A program made the translations under genes and the position numbers. Positions 55,388 to 64,000 of a stretch of DNA of 64,000 nucleotides are shown here, piece by piece. Under the pieces are notes generated by a model that saw only the letters and a list, made by a program, of their open reading frames with translations, searched no databases and was not told where the DNA came from. Position 1 is the stretch's first letter. Every line of letters starts with the position of its first letter. This stretch comes from an uncultured delta proteobacterium (GTDB lineage: Bacteria > Myxococcota_A > Polyangia > Polyangiales > Polyangiaceae), in contig CAWDXG010000004.1 of the NCBI GenBank assembly GCA_963806225.1, positions 928,001-992,000 of the forward strand, in the 5' to 3' direction.

Positions 55388-56215
55388 GTGAAGATCCTGG
55401 TTGCGCTCAAGCGGGTCGCTGACCCGGACAACGCCAACAAGGTGAAGATCCCGCCGTCCGGCGACAAGATCGACACCACCGGTCTGGAGTGGAAGATCAA
55501 TCCCTTCGACGAGTATGCGCTCGAGTCGGCCCTGCGCCTGACCGAGAACGGCAAGACGCCGAAGAAGCGCGAGGGCGAGGTGGTGGTCGTCACGCTCGGC
55601 CCGAAGGAGACCGAGACGACGCTGCGCTCCGCCCTGGCCACTGGAGCGGATCGCGCGATCCGCATCGAGACCACCGACGACGAGCTCGACGGTCGCCTGG
55701 TCTCGCTCGCCCTGCAGAAGGTCGTCGAGGAGGAAAAGCCCGACGTAGTGCTGCTGGGCAAGCAGGCGGTCGACGGCGACACCGACCAGGTCGGCCAGGA
55801 GCTGGCCGAGCTGCTCGACTGGCCCATGGCCACGTTCGCCGCGACGATCAAGGAAGAGGGCAGCGCACTGGTAGTCGGTCGCGAGGTCGACGGCGGCGTG
55901 CTCACGCTCAAGCTCACCCTGCCGGCGGTGGTCACGGTGGACCTGCGCATCGTCGCGCCAACCAGCGTGTACTCATCGAAGACCGACGCTTCTTTCAAGT
56001 ACAACGACGGCGTCCGCTTCGCCGCTCTGCCGGCCATCATGGCGGCCAAGCGCAAGCCGCTCGTCGTCAAGCCGCTTGCGGAGCTGGTCAGCGACACCGC
56101 GCTCACCACCAAATACCTGAGGTTCGAGGCGCCTCCGCAGCGCTCCGCAGGCGTGAAGGTCAAGGACGTGGCCGAGCTGGTCGAAAAGCTCGCCACCGAG
56201 GCCAAGGTCATCTGA
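55388..56215 (+). CDS. etfB: Electron transfer flavoprotein beta subunit
   Basis: AGGAGG RBS with GTG start; motifs INPFDEYALE, GKQAVDGD and REVDGG. Confidence 0.95.
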   Translation: MKILVALKRVADPDNANKVKIPPSGDKIDTTGLEWKINPFDEYALESALRLTENGKTPKKREGEVVVVTLGPKETETTLRSALATGADRAIRIETTDDELDGRLVSLALQKVVEEEKPDVVLLGKQAVDGDTDQVGQELAELLDWPMATFAATIKEEGSALVVGREVDGGVLTLKLTLPAVVTVDLRIVAPTSVYSSKTDASFKYNDGVRFAALPAIMAAKRKPLVVKPLAELVSDTALTTKYLRFEAPPQRSAGVKVKDVAELVEKLATEAKVI

Positions 56216-56233
56216 GGCGAAGGAGCAACGAAA

Positions 56234-57215
56234 ATGGCAGACGCACTGGTAGTTGCAGAGCTCACCGAAGACGGCAAGGTCAGGAAGACCACCCTTTCCG
56301 CCATCACGATGGCCCAGTGAGGCCGCGCCAGCACTCGGCGGCTCGTTCTCGATCCTGGTGATCGGCGCGGGCGCCAAGGCCGCGGCAGCCGACCTGACCG
56401 GCTACGGCGCCGCGAAAGTCCTGGTCTGCGACGACGCCTCGCTGAAAAACTACGTCGCCGAGCAGTTCGCTCCGACGGTGGCCGAGGTCGGCAAGGGCTT
56501 CGGCCTGATCTGCGCGGCCGCGTCCAGCTACGGCAAGGACCTGTTGCCGCGCGTCGCAGCCCGGCTCGACGCCGCCTACGCCAGCGACTGCGCGGCGGTG
56601 TCGGGCGAGGGCGGCAAGCTGGTGTTCAAGCGTCCGATGTTCGCAGGCAACGCCTACGGCTACTGCGAGCTCACGACGAACATCAAGGTCGCGAGCGCCA
56701 GGCAGAGCGAGTTCGACGCGGCCCAGCCGGGCGGTGGCTCGTCGCCACTGGAGGACGTGGCCAAGGTCGCGCCCGGCCAGGGCGCAAGCCGGGTCGAGTT
56801 CGTCTCGCTCGATGCCGTCAAGAGCGAGCGTCCGGAGCTGACCGAAGCCGACGTGGTGGTGTCCGGCGGCCGCGCCGTGAAGGAGAAGTTCTTCGACATC
56901 ATCGAGCCGCTCGCCGACACGCTGGGCGCCGCCATCGGAGCCAGCCGCGCGGCGTGCGACGCGGGCTACGCGCCGGGCGACTTCCAGGTCGGGCAGACGG
57001 GCAAGATCGTCGCGCCGAGCCTGTACATCGCGATCGGCATCTCGGGCGCCATCCAGCACATCGCCGGCATGAAGGGCTCGAAGACGATCGTCGCCATCAA
57101 CAAGGATCCGGAGGCGCCGATCTTCCAGATCTCGGACTACGGTCTGGTGGCGGACCTGTTCCAGGCCGTGCCGGAGCTGACCGAGGCGCTGAAGAAGCAC
57201 AAGGCCGCGCAGTAG
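56234..57215 (+). CDS. etfA: Electron transfer flavoprotein alpha subunit (frameshift near 56315)
   Basis: Motifs [27 protein letters not shown] and [12 protein letters not shown]-terminus MADALVVAE lies in another frame. Confidence 0.95.
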
Positions 57216-57286
57216 GCGGCGGCAGAAGGCGCTGCCGGGGCGCGAGCGGCAGCGAGCAGAGCGGGTGGCGGAAGCCCCCGCTGTGC

Positions 57287-57315
57287 TTGACAGAACCCCT
57301 TCGACGGAACAATCT
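57287..57315 (+). promoter_or_regulatory. Possible sigma70-type promoter for tRNA-Pro
   Basis: Perfect TTGACA at 57287, 17-bp spacer, weak -10 CAATCT; followed by a GC hairpin (GCCCGCCGGC...GCCGGCGGGC) before the tRNA. Confidence 0.4.
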
Positions 57316-57355
57316 CGCGCGCCCGCCGGCACAGAAAGCCGGCGGGCAGCAGCCA

Positions 57356-57429
57356 CGGGGCGTAGCGCAGTTTGGTAGCGCGCACGGTTCGGGTCCGTGA
57401 GGTCGGCAGTTCGAATCTGCCCGCCCCGA
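57356..57429 (+). tRNA. tRNA-Pro (anticodon CGG); CCA end not encoded
   Basis: Acceptor stem CGGGGCG/CGCCCCG, D arm GCGC-AGTTTGGTA-GCGC, anticodon arm CACGG-TTCGGGT-CCGTG, T arm GGCAG-TTCGAAT-CTGCC. Confidence 0.96.
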
Positions 57430-57526
57430 CAAATCCCGCTCAGGAGACATCGTAGCGACGATGCGCTCCGCGGCGGACGCGGCCTTGGCGTGCCCCCTCG
57501 CCCGCCGTTGCCCGAAGGCGGATAGC

Positions 57527-58664
57527 CTAGCGACGACGACGGCGCGACATCAAGCCAAGCCCGAGCAAGAGGAGGACGCTGGAGAGCGCCGCGCCCGGAC
57601 GGTCGGCACCGACTACCTCGATGGAGCAACTGCTGTTGGACGACGACGAGAGGCTGGTGGCGGCACCGGCGGTGCCACCCGTGCCACCCGTGCCACCGGC
57701 GGTGCCACCCGTCCCGCCGCCGGCGCACGGGATCCCGGTCACCGCGCCGCCGTCGGCATCGGTCGCCGACCTGCAGACACCGGCCTTGCTCAAGGTGGTC
57801 GACATCTGGGCCGGATCGGGAAATCCGATAGTCCGCCCAGCTCTGGCAGATCATGTTGCTGCCCTGGCAGTCGCCGTCGCAGTTGCAGAGCTGGCCGCAG
57901 ATGCCGACGCTGCCGCCACCCGGAAGCCTGGTCGACGCCACACACGCCGCGCTTTGCGGGGTGTCCTGCTTTGGATCGGAACCGCAGGCGCCTGGAATAC
58001 CGAGCGAGCTGTTGCCGCAGTAGGCGGTGCAGATGCCATCGTTCGCGGCTTTGCCCACGGAATGCAAACAGAAGCCCGCACAAGGGTCGGAAGCCGCCTG
58101 CGGGTCGCAAGACGCTCCGACGGGCAGTCCGGTCGTGGGCGAAGCCATGCACAAGCCGGTCCTCGCGTCGCACTTCCGGCCGGCACAGTCGTGGTCCGTG
58201 AGGCACTTCGGCGTACAGGCAACCGTGGAAGCGCCGCCGGCGGTTTGCTGCGGTAGACACAACGAGTCGTAGCGACCCCGGCATTCACTGCCAGTGGTCG
58301 GGTCACAACCCGAAAGGCACAACGACTTGCCGCCGCCGACCGCCACGCACTGTGCACCGGAAGCGATGACCGTGCAGTCGGACGCCTGGGTGCAGGTCGT
58401 GGTGCAGTAGCCACCTCCCGGGCCGCCGCTGCCGAAATCGTTCGAGCCCGGAAGCGCGCACTTCAGGCCCGTGCCGCAATCGGCATCGCTCGCGCACTCG
58501 GCGCCCAGCTTGTCCGCCCCCGCATCAGCAGCAAACGCGTTCGTGCTCCAACCGCACAACAGAACCAAGCCGACGGCGACGACCAGAGCACGCCGCGCCA
58601 GCAAGTATCCCGGTTCCCTCACTTGCCGCCCCTTCCCGAAGGCTCCCGCGGAAGCCCGCTGCAT
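57527..58664 (-). CDS. Cys-rich secreted protein with MYXO-CTERM-like C-terminal sorting signal (frameshift near 57810)
   Basis: Signal peptide, repeated CxxDxDC and GYCT motifs, Gly/Thr linker, and tail SSSCSI...AALSSVLLLLGLGLMSRRRRR. Confidence 0.75.
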
Positions 58665-58930
58665 TGTTCCACTGTCATCATTCAATCCCGACAACGCAAG
58701 GGGGCTCCCGTCACGCGCACCGGGACTTGACGGAATTCAACGAGCCCGGACGGCGACGGATCGCCAGGCTCGCCGTGACAGCCGGAGGGACGCGGGCCTC
58801 GACGGGATCGTGGCCGGAGCGAGCTCACGCTTCATCCCCCTACGGAAACATCAAGACTCAAGCGATGCGAGCCGGAAGGCGCCCCTCTTGCATCCCCTCC
58901 CCCCCGGTCCAACCCTGATCGGAAGGCCGC

Positions 58931-60736
58931 ATGAGCACCGATCCGTTCCGTACCGCGATCTCGAAGCACATCTGGAACACCCGCTATCGCGCCGAGGGGG
59001 AGACGCGCATCGAGGGCAGCTGGCGGCGCGTGGCGAAGGCGCTTGCGGCAGTGGAGAAGGAGCCGGCAGCGCACGAGGGGGCGTTCTATTCGGCGCTCGC
59101 GGGCTTCCGGTTCCTGCCGGGGGGGCGCATCCAGGCCGGTGCCGGCACATCGCGGCGGGTCACGCTGTTCAACTGCTTCGTGATGGGCGTGATCGAGGAT
59201 TCCATGGACGGGATTTTCGACGGGCTGAAGGAAGGCGCGCTCACGATGCAGCAGGGCGGCGGCGTCGGCTACGACTTTTCCACGCTCCGGGCGCGCGGGG
59301 CGCAGTCGCGAAGCGTGGGCACGATCGCGTCGGGGCCGATCCCATTCATGCGCATCTGGGACAGCATGTGCGCGACGGTGCTGTCCACGGGCGCGCGCCG
59401 CGGCGCGATGATGGCGACGCTGCGCTGCGATCACCCGGACGTCGAGGAGTTCATCTCCGCCAAGCAGGACGAGCGGGAGCTCCGGCACTTCAACCTCTCG
59501 GTGCAGGTGTCCGACGAGTTCATGCAGGCGCTGGCCGAGGAGCGCGACTGGGAGCTGGTGTTTCCCGAGGCGTCGCTCGACCGCGACGGCAGGCAGCACG
59601 AGACGCGGCTCCGGCACTGGACCGGCAGCGACGGGCCGGTGCGCTGCCGCGTGATCCGCAAGGTGCCGGCGCGGCGGCTGTGGGAGCGCATCATGCGCGC
59701 AACGTACGACTACGCCGAGCCCGGCGTGCTGTTCATGGACCACATCAACGCGGCGAACAACCTCTACTACCGCGAGCACATCACCGCGACGAATCCCTGC
59801 GGCGAGATCCCGCTGCCGCCCTACGGCGCCTGCGACCTGGGCTCGCTGAACCTCCCGCTGTTCGTGCGCGATGCGTTCGGCGCCGGCGCCGCGCTCGACT
59901 TCGACGCGCTGGAGCAGGCGACGGCCGTCGCCGTGCGCATGATGGACGACGCCATCGACGCCTCGCACTTTCCCCTCCCCGCGCAGCGCGAGCAGGCGCG
60001 CGGCACGCGGCGCATCGGCCTGGGCTTCACCGGTCTCGGCGACGCGCTGATCCTGCTCGGCTTGAACTATGGCGGTGAGGCCGCCCGCGATCTCGCCGGC
60101 GAGGCGATGCGTCGCGTCTGCCACGCCGCCTACCGGGCCTCCATCGAGCTGGCCAGGGAGAAAGGCGCGTTCCCGTTCTTCGACCGCGAGCGCTACCTGG
60201 AGAGCGCGTTCATCAGGACGCTGCCCGACGACATCCGCGACGGCATCGCCCGGCACGGCATCCGCAACAGCCATCTATGCGCCATCGCGCCCACCGGCAC
60301 CATCAGCCTGCTCGCGAACAACGTCTCGAGCGGCATCGAGCCGGTGTACGCCTTCTCGCTACGGCGCCGCGTCACCGATCTGGACGGATCGACGCGGGAG
60401 CATTCGCTCACGGACTTCGCGCTGGCGCTCTGGCGCGAACACAACGGCGCTGGGGCGCGGCTGCCGGGCAGCTTCGTGGATGCCGCGGCGCTCGACCCGA
60501 CCCAGCACCTGGAAATGCAGGCCGCGCTGCAGCCCTGGGTCGACAACTCGATCTCGAAGACGATCAACGTGCCGCGGAAATACGACTTCAGCGCCTTCGA
60601 GCGCATCTACGAGCGCGCCTACCAGATGGGGCTCAAGGGCTGCACGACCTTCCGGCCCAATCCGGTCACCGGCGCCGTGCTGGAGGACGAACGACCGCGG
60701 GTGCACTGCTGCACGCCGGAACGCGAAGCGGACTAG
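58931..60736 (+). CDS. nrdJ: Second class II (adenosylcobalamin-dependent) ribonucleotide reductase, short form
   Basis: Motifs FLPGGRI, TLFNCFV, GGGVGYDFS, RRGAMM, ATNPCGE, ACDLGSLNL, APTGTIS, SISKTIN and GLKGCTTFR; C-terminal CC pair; no nrdB nearby. Confidence 0.9.
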   Translation: MSTDPFRTAISKHIWNTRYRAEGETRIEGSWRRVAKALAAVEKEPAAHEGAFYSALAGFRFLPGGRIQAGAGTSRRVTLFNCFVMGVIEDSMDGIFDGLKEGALTMQQGGGVGYDFSTLRARGAQSRSVGTIASGPIPFMRIWDSMCATVLSTGARRGAMMATLRCDHPDVEEFISAKQDERELRHFNLSVQVSDEFMQALAEERDWELVFPEASLDRDGRQHETRLRHWTGSDGPVRCRVIRKVPARRLWERIMRATYDYAEPGVLFMDHINAANNLYYREHITATNPCGEIPLPPYGACDLGSLNLPLFVRDAFGAGAALDFDALEQATAVAVRMMDDAIDASHFPLPAQREQARGTRRIGLGFTGLGDALILLGLNYGGEAARDLAGEAMRRVCHAAYRASIELAREKGAFPFFDRERYLESAFIRTLPDDIRDGIARHGIRNSHLCAIAPTGTISLLANNVSSGIEPVYAFSLRRRVTDLDGSTREHSLTDFALALWREHNGAGARLPGSFVDAAALDPTQHLEMQAALQPWVDNSISKTINVPRKYDFSAFERIYERAYQMGLKGCTTFRPNPVTGAVLEDERPRVHCCTPEREAD

Positions 60737-60794
60737 CGCAACGATTCAACCGAATCGACAGAGCCGCACCCCGGCGCCGCTTTCGCTCGCGCTC

Positions 60795-60968
60795 TCAGCG
60801 GAACGACTCGAACCAGAATGCCGCGACGATCGCGAGCACGACCACCGCGCCGAGCAGGAGCCAGAGCATCTCGCTCCTCGAAGCGCCCAGCCGGTGTTTC
60901 TTCGGGATACCGCTTTCCCGATCGCCTTCGTCCAGGTCGTCGAACCTCTTTGCCGTCCTGGTCGCCAT
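60795..60968 (-). CDS. Small single-TM protein, 57 aa (not in ORF track)
   Basis: GGAGG RBS 4 nt before ATG at 60968; MATRTAKRFDDLDEGDRESGIPKKHRLGASRSEMLWLLLGAVVVLAIVAAFWFESFR*. Confidence 0.6.
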   Translation of the reverse strand: MATRTAKRFDDLDEGDRESGIPKKHRLGASRSEMLWLLLGAVVVLAIVAAFWFESFR

Positions 60969-61030
60969 ACGTCCTCCGTTCGACCTAACCTATGCATGCG
61001 CCGTGCCGGGACCTGGACGGCGAGCGGGCT

Positions 61031-62464
61031 TCAGCCCTTGACGCACACCAGCGGTTCCAGACGCGCGACCTTGCGGGCAAGTCCGGCGCGATGCGCGACG
61101 TCCACCACGGCGCGCACGTCCTTGTAGGCGCCCGGCGCCTCTTCCGCGACGCCGCGCATGCTGGGGCTGCGTAGAAGAATGCCACGCTCCGCGAGCTCGC
61201 GGACCAATAGCTCGCCACGCCACTGGCGTCTGGCCTGGTGGCGGCTCATACGCCTCCCGGCGCCGTGACAGGCCGAGCCGAAGGCGAGCGCCATGCTGTC
61301 GCGCGTGCCGGTGAGCACCCAGGACTCGGTGCCCATGCTGCCGCCGATCAGCACCGGCTGCCCCACTTCGCGCAGATCCGACGGCAGCTCGGGGTGACCG
61401 GGACCGAAGGCGCGCGTCGCGCCCTTGCGGTGCACGAAGAGCGTGCGCCGTTCGCCCTCGACCACGTGCTCCTCCTCGCGGCAGGTGTTGTGCGACACGT
61501 CGTAGACGAGTCGCAGCTCCGCGGCGGGCAGCACGTCGGCGAACACCTGGCGCGTGAGGTGCGTGAGGATCTGGCGGTTGGCCAGAGCACAGTGGATGCC
61601 GGCGCGCATGGCGCCGAGATAGCGCCGGCCGAGATCGGATTGCAGCGGCGCGCAGGCTAGCTCGCGGTCGGGCAGAACGAGGCCGAAATGGTGTGCCTGC
61701 ATCGCCATCTCGCGCAGGTAGTCGGTGCCGATCTGGTGGCCGAGCCCGCGCGAACCGCAGTGGATGCTGACGACGACGTCGCCCTCGGCGAAGCCGAGCG
61801 CCGCCGCGGCGGCCTTGTCCACCACGCTCGCAACGCGCTGCACCTCCAGATAGTGGTTGCCGGAGCCTAGCGTGCCCATCTCGTCGCTCTGGCGGTGGCG
61901 CGCGCGCTCGGACACGCAGTCCGGCCGCGCGCCGTCGACGCAGCCGTGCCCCTCGATGCGCTCGAGATCCTCGCGAGTGCCGTAGCCCTGTCCGACGGCC
62001 CAGACGGCGCCGCCCGAGAGCATCGCGTCGATTTCCTGCTCGTCGAGCCGGATGCGCCCGCGGCTGCCGACTCCTGCGGGAATGCGCTGGTAGAGAGCGT
62101 CGGCGAGCAGCTCGCGCGTCGCCGGGTCGAGTTCGTCGACGGAGAGTCCGGTCGACAGACAGCGCACGCCACACGAGATGTCGAAGCCCACGCCGCCCGC
62201 CGACACCACACCTCCGGCCTCCGCGTCGAACGCCGCCACGCCGCCGATCGGGAAGCCGTAGCCCCAGTGCCCGTCCGGCATCACGCTGACATTTCCGACC
62301 ACACCCGGCAGCGCCGACACGTTGACAGCTTGCTCGAGCACCTTGTCGTCCATGTCGCCGATGAGCGCTTCGTCCGCGTAGATCACCACCGGCGCGTGCA
62401 TGCCGCGCAGCGGCTCCAGCCGCCACTCGAGCTCCGAGGTGCGTGTCAGCTTCCGGGTGTCCAT
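61031..62464 (-). CDS. rtcB: RNA ligase RtcB (archaeal/eukaryotic-like clade)
   Basis: Motifs [63 protein letters not shown] and EEAPGAYK. Confidence 0.96.
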   Translation of the reverse strand: MDTRKLTRTSELEWRLEPLRGMHAPVVIYADEALIGDMDDKVLEQAVNVSALPGVVGNVSVMPDGHWGYGFPIGGVAAFDAEAGGVVSAGGVGFDISCGVRCLSTGLSVDELDPATRELLADALYQRIPAGVGSRGRIRLDEQEIDAMLSGGAVWAVGQGYGTREDLERIEGHGCVDGARPDCVSERARHRQSDEMGTLGSGNHYLEVQRVASVVDKAAAAALGFAEGDVVVSIHCGSRGLGHQIGTDYLREMAMQAHHFGLVLPDRELACAPLQSDLGRRYLGAMRAGIHCALANRQILTHLTRQVFADVLPAAELRLVYDVSHNTCREEEHVVEGERRTLFVHRKGATRAFGPGHPELPSDLREVGQPVLIGGSMGTESWVLTGTRDSMALAFGSACHGAGRRMSRHQARRQWRGELLVRELAERGILLRSPSMRGVAEEAPGAYKDVRAVVDVAHRAGLARKVARLEPLVCVKG

Positions 62465-62895
62465 TCCCTGCCCTTCCTCGACACGTCCACCACGCACTCG
62501 GCGACCCAGCCCCCGCCTTCGCGCCGAACCGAAAGGCCCGTCAACGTCGCTCCCTTGACCTCGACCGCCGGCTGGTGCCGTGCGCGATCGACGGGCTCGC
62601 CCCAGGCCGTCGCCTCGAGCCGTCCGTCCGCGATCTCCACGTCGAAGCGCCCGAAGAGCAGATGCCGCGTTGCCATCTCGTAGACGAGGGCGTCCAGCCA
62701 ATCGAAAAAGAGCAGATCCGGATCCGGGTTGTCGCATGCGATCGCGACGGCCTCACGCGAGTCGACCAACACCGGATCGGTCACCACCGCCGTCAGCGCC
62801 AGCGCGGCCTGCCGGAACGCGGCGGGCAGCGTGGGCCCGACGCCCCGCACGCCGATGTCGGCCTGGTGCTCGAAATGCTCCCAACTTCCCTCCAC
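62446..62895 (-). CDS. Archease (RtcB cofactor)
   Basis: [17 protein letters not shown] and CVVDV; directly upstream of rtcB. The true end is probably near 62478 (see rejected list). Confidence 0.9.
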   Translation of the reverse strand: MEGSWEHFEHQADIGVRGVGPTLPAAFRQAALALTAVVTDPVLVDSREAVAIACDNPDPDLLFFDWLDALVYEMATRHLLFGRFDVEIADGRLEATAWGEPVDRARHQPAVEVKGATLTGLSVRREGGGWVAECVVDVSRKGREWTPGS

Positions 62896-63132
62896 TGCTT
62901 CCAAACATGGGGCCCGGAGGGCACAAAGAACAGCCATTGTGGTCCGCCCGTCGAGCGAGGCCTGGGTGCGCGCAGTCGCTGCCGTGGCCGCCATGCCGCA
63001 CGTCAGCTTTGCGCGCCCTGCCGGCCGGCAGGGCGGGAGCGCGGTTCGACGCCCCGGGCGCGGGTTATGCACCTCGTGTTTCAGGATCGTCGTCGCTGGT
63101 CTAGAGTCGTGTCGCGGTCCGGATCAGGAGAT

Positions 63133-63849
63133 GTGAGCGGGATGCCGGCAAAGGGCAGGGCTTTGTTGCTTGTGGGGCTGCTCGCCTCGCCCGCCGCCGC
63201 CTCGCCGCCCGCCGTCTGGCATGCTCGCCCCGGCACTACCGCCACACCCGGCGACAGTGCGGGGCACCAGAGCACACCCGCGCCGCGCGACAACACGCTC
63301 GCCGGGCGCGTCCTGATCTCCGGCTCGGCGGCTCTGTTCGTGCCCACCGGCCACCTGGACGAGTCGACCCACCAGCGCGAAAGGATGGGCGCGGGACCCG
63401 GGTTTGCGCTCGATCTCGGCTTCGGTGTCGCCGGCAACCTGGTGGTGGGGGCGTGGGGCCAGTACGCGTTCGTCGGCCCCGGCACCGGGTGTCACGACTG
63501 CGCCACCAGCACGATCGCGGCGGGTGGCTTCGCCGCCTACCACCTCCGGGCGAACGGCTCGTTCGATCCCTGGGCAAGCGCCGGGCTCGGCTACCGGACC
63601 ACTTCGATCGGGAAAGGCGTCGTGGCTCCGACCACCGCGTACTCGGGGTTCGAGTGGCTGCGCGTGCGGCTCGGCGCCGACTGGTACGCGCTCGACAAGG
63701 TCGGCTTCGGCGGCTTCGTCGAGCTCGACGGCGGAACGTACACCCGGAAGACCGAAGGCTCGCTCACGAATCCGGACTTCACCAACAGCGCGCCGCACTG
63801 GGCGCTGCTCGCAGGAGCCAGCGTCGCGTTCGACAGCTTCGGTCGCTAG
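63133..63849 (+). CDS. Putative outer-membrane beta-barrel protein
   Basis: AGGAG RBS, signal peptide, amphipathic Gly/aromatic strands (FDPWASAGLGY, RLGADW) and C-terminal VAFDSF. Confidence 0.7.
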   Translation: MSGMPAKGRALLLVGLLASPAAASPPAVWHARPGTTATPGDSAGHQSTPAPRDNTLAGRVLISGSAALFVPTGHLDESTHQRERMGAGPGFALDLGFGVAGNLVVGAWGQYAFVGPGTGCHDCATSTIAAGGFAAYHLRANGSFDPWASAGLGYRTTSIGKGVVAPTTAYSGFEWLRVRLGADWYALDKVGFGGFVELDGGTYTRKTEGSLTNPDFTNSAPHWALLAGASVAFDSFGR

Positions 63850-64000
63850 GTATCGAGAGCGGCCGGCGTGCCGCACTCTTGCACATTGAACGTGGCGCGG
63901 GCCCGACCCGCGTGTCATGTTGAAGGTAGTGATCGGGATGAACCCTGTACTCGTCGCGGTGCCCTTGCCGGTGCGACGACGCACCGCGGGGCGAAGCCCG

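Noticed and set aside
62446..62480. C-terminally extended archease overlapping rtcB
   Set aside because: Archeases normally end at the D-V/I motif. Removing one base (GTG TCG AGG to GTG TGA) puts a stop right after CVVDV, consistent with the indel errors elsewhere.
57400..64000. Prophage or integrative element at tRNA-Pro
   Set aside because: No integrase, phage gene or duplicated tRNA 3' end found in the window; kept only as a weak accessory-block hypothesis.

Overview
A high-GC (roughly 70% by eye) bacterial chromosomal segment. The gene content points to Myxococcota, probably Polyangiales/Sorangiineae-like (inference): an MglA-like GTPase, Cys/Gly-rich secreted proteins, a MYXO-CTERM-like tail, PEGA/TPR proteins and a Ser/Thr kinase. 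It holds about 52 mostly housekeeping or envelope CDSs, including plsB, mepA-like, zwf-opcA, scoAB, speE, ggt, an M16 pair, two class II ribonucleotide reductases, thiL, argH, a dynamin, thrB, hflX, fabH, typA, nadB, etfBA and rtcB-archease, plus one tRNA-Pro(CGG). Many genes at 0.2-4.5 kb and 31-58 kb are broken by single-base indels, most likely long-read consensus errors rather than pseudogenes. The most unusual element is a ~1.14 kb array (13958-15094) of about 22 copies of a 51-bp unit: an almost invariant 37-bp hairpin-forming core plus a 14-bp segment that switches between only 2-3 variants. It starts flush with the stop codon of a FAD oxidoreductase, has no cas genes nearby and is not a canonical CRISPR. 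Other leads are an M16 pair with a degenerate zinc site and an (AKHHHT)x8 tail, an orphan MglA-like GTPase coupled to a PocR histidine kinase, a CPBP-patatin-tandem-Tudor lipoprotein operon, an M48-dynamin pair, an AT-rich perfect 17-bp inverted repeat, candidate tandem NrdR boxes and a double FadR/GntR-like operator upstream of fabH. All calls come from reading motifs by eye; no searches were run.
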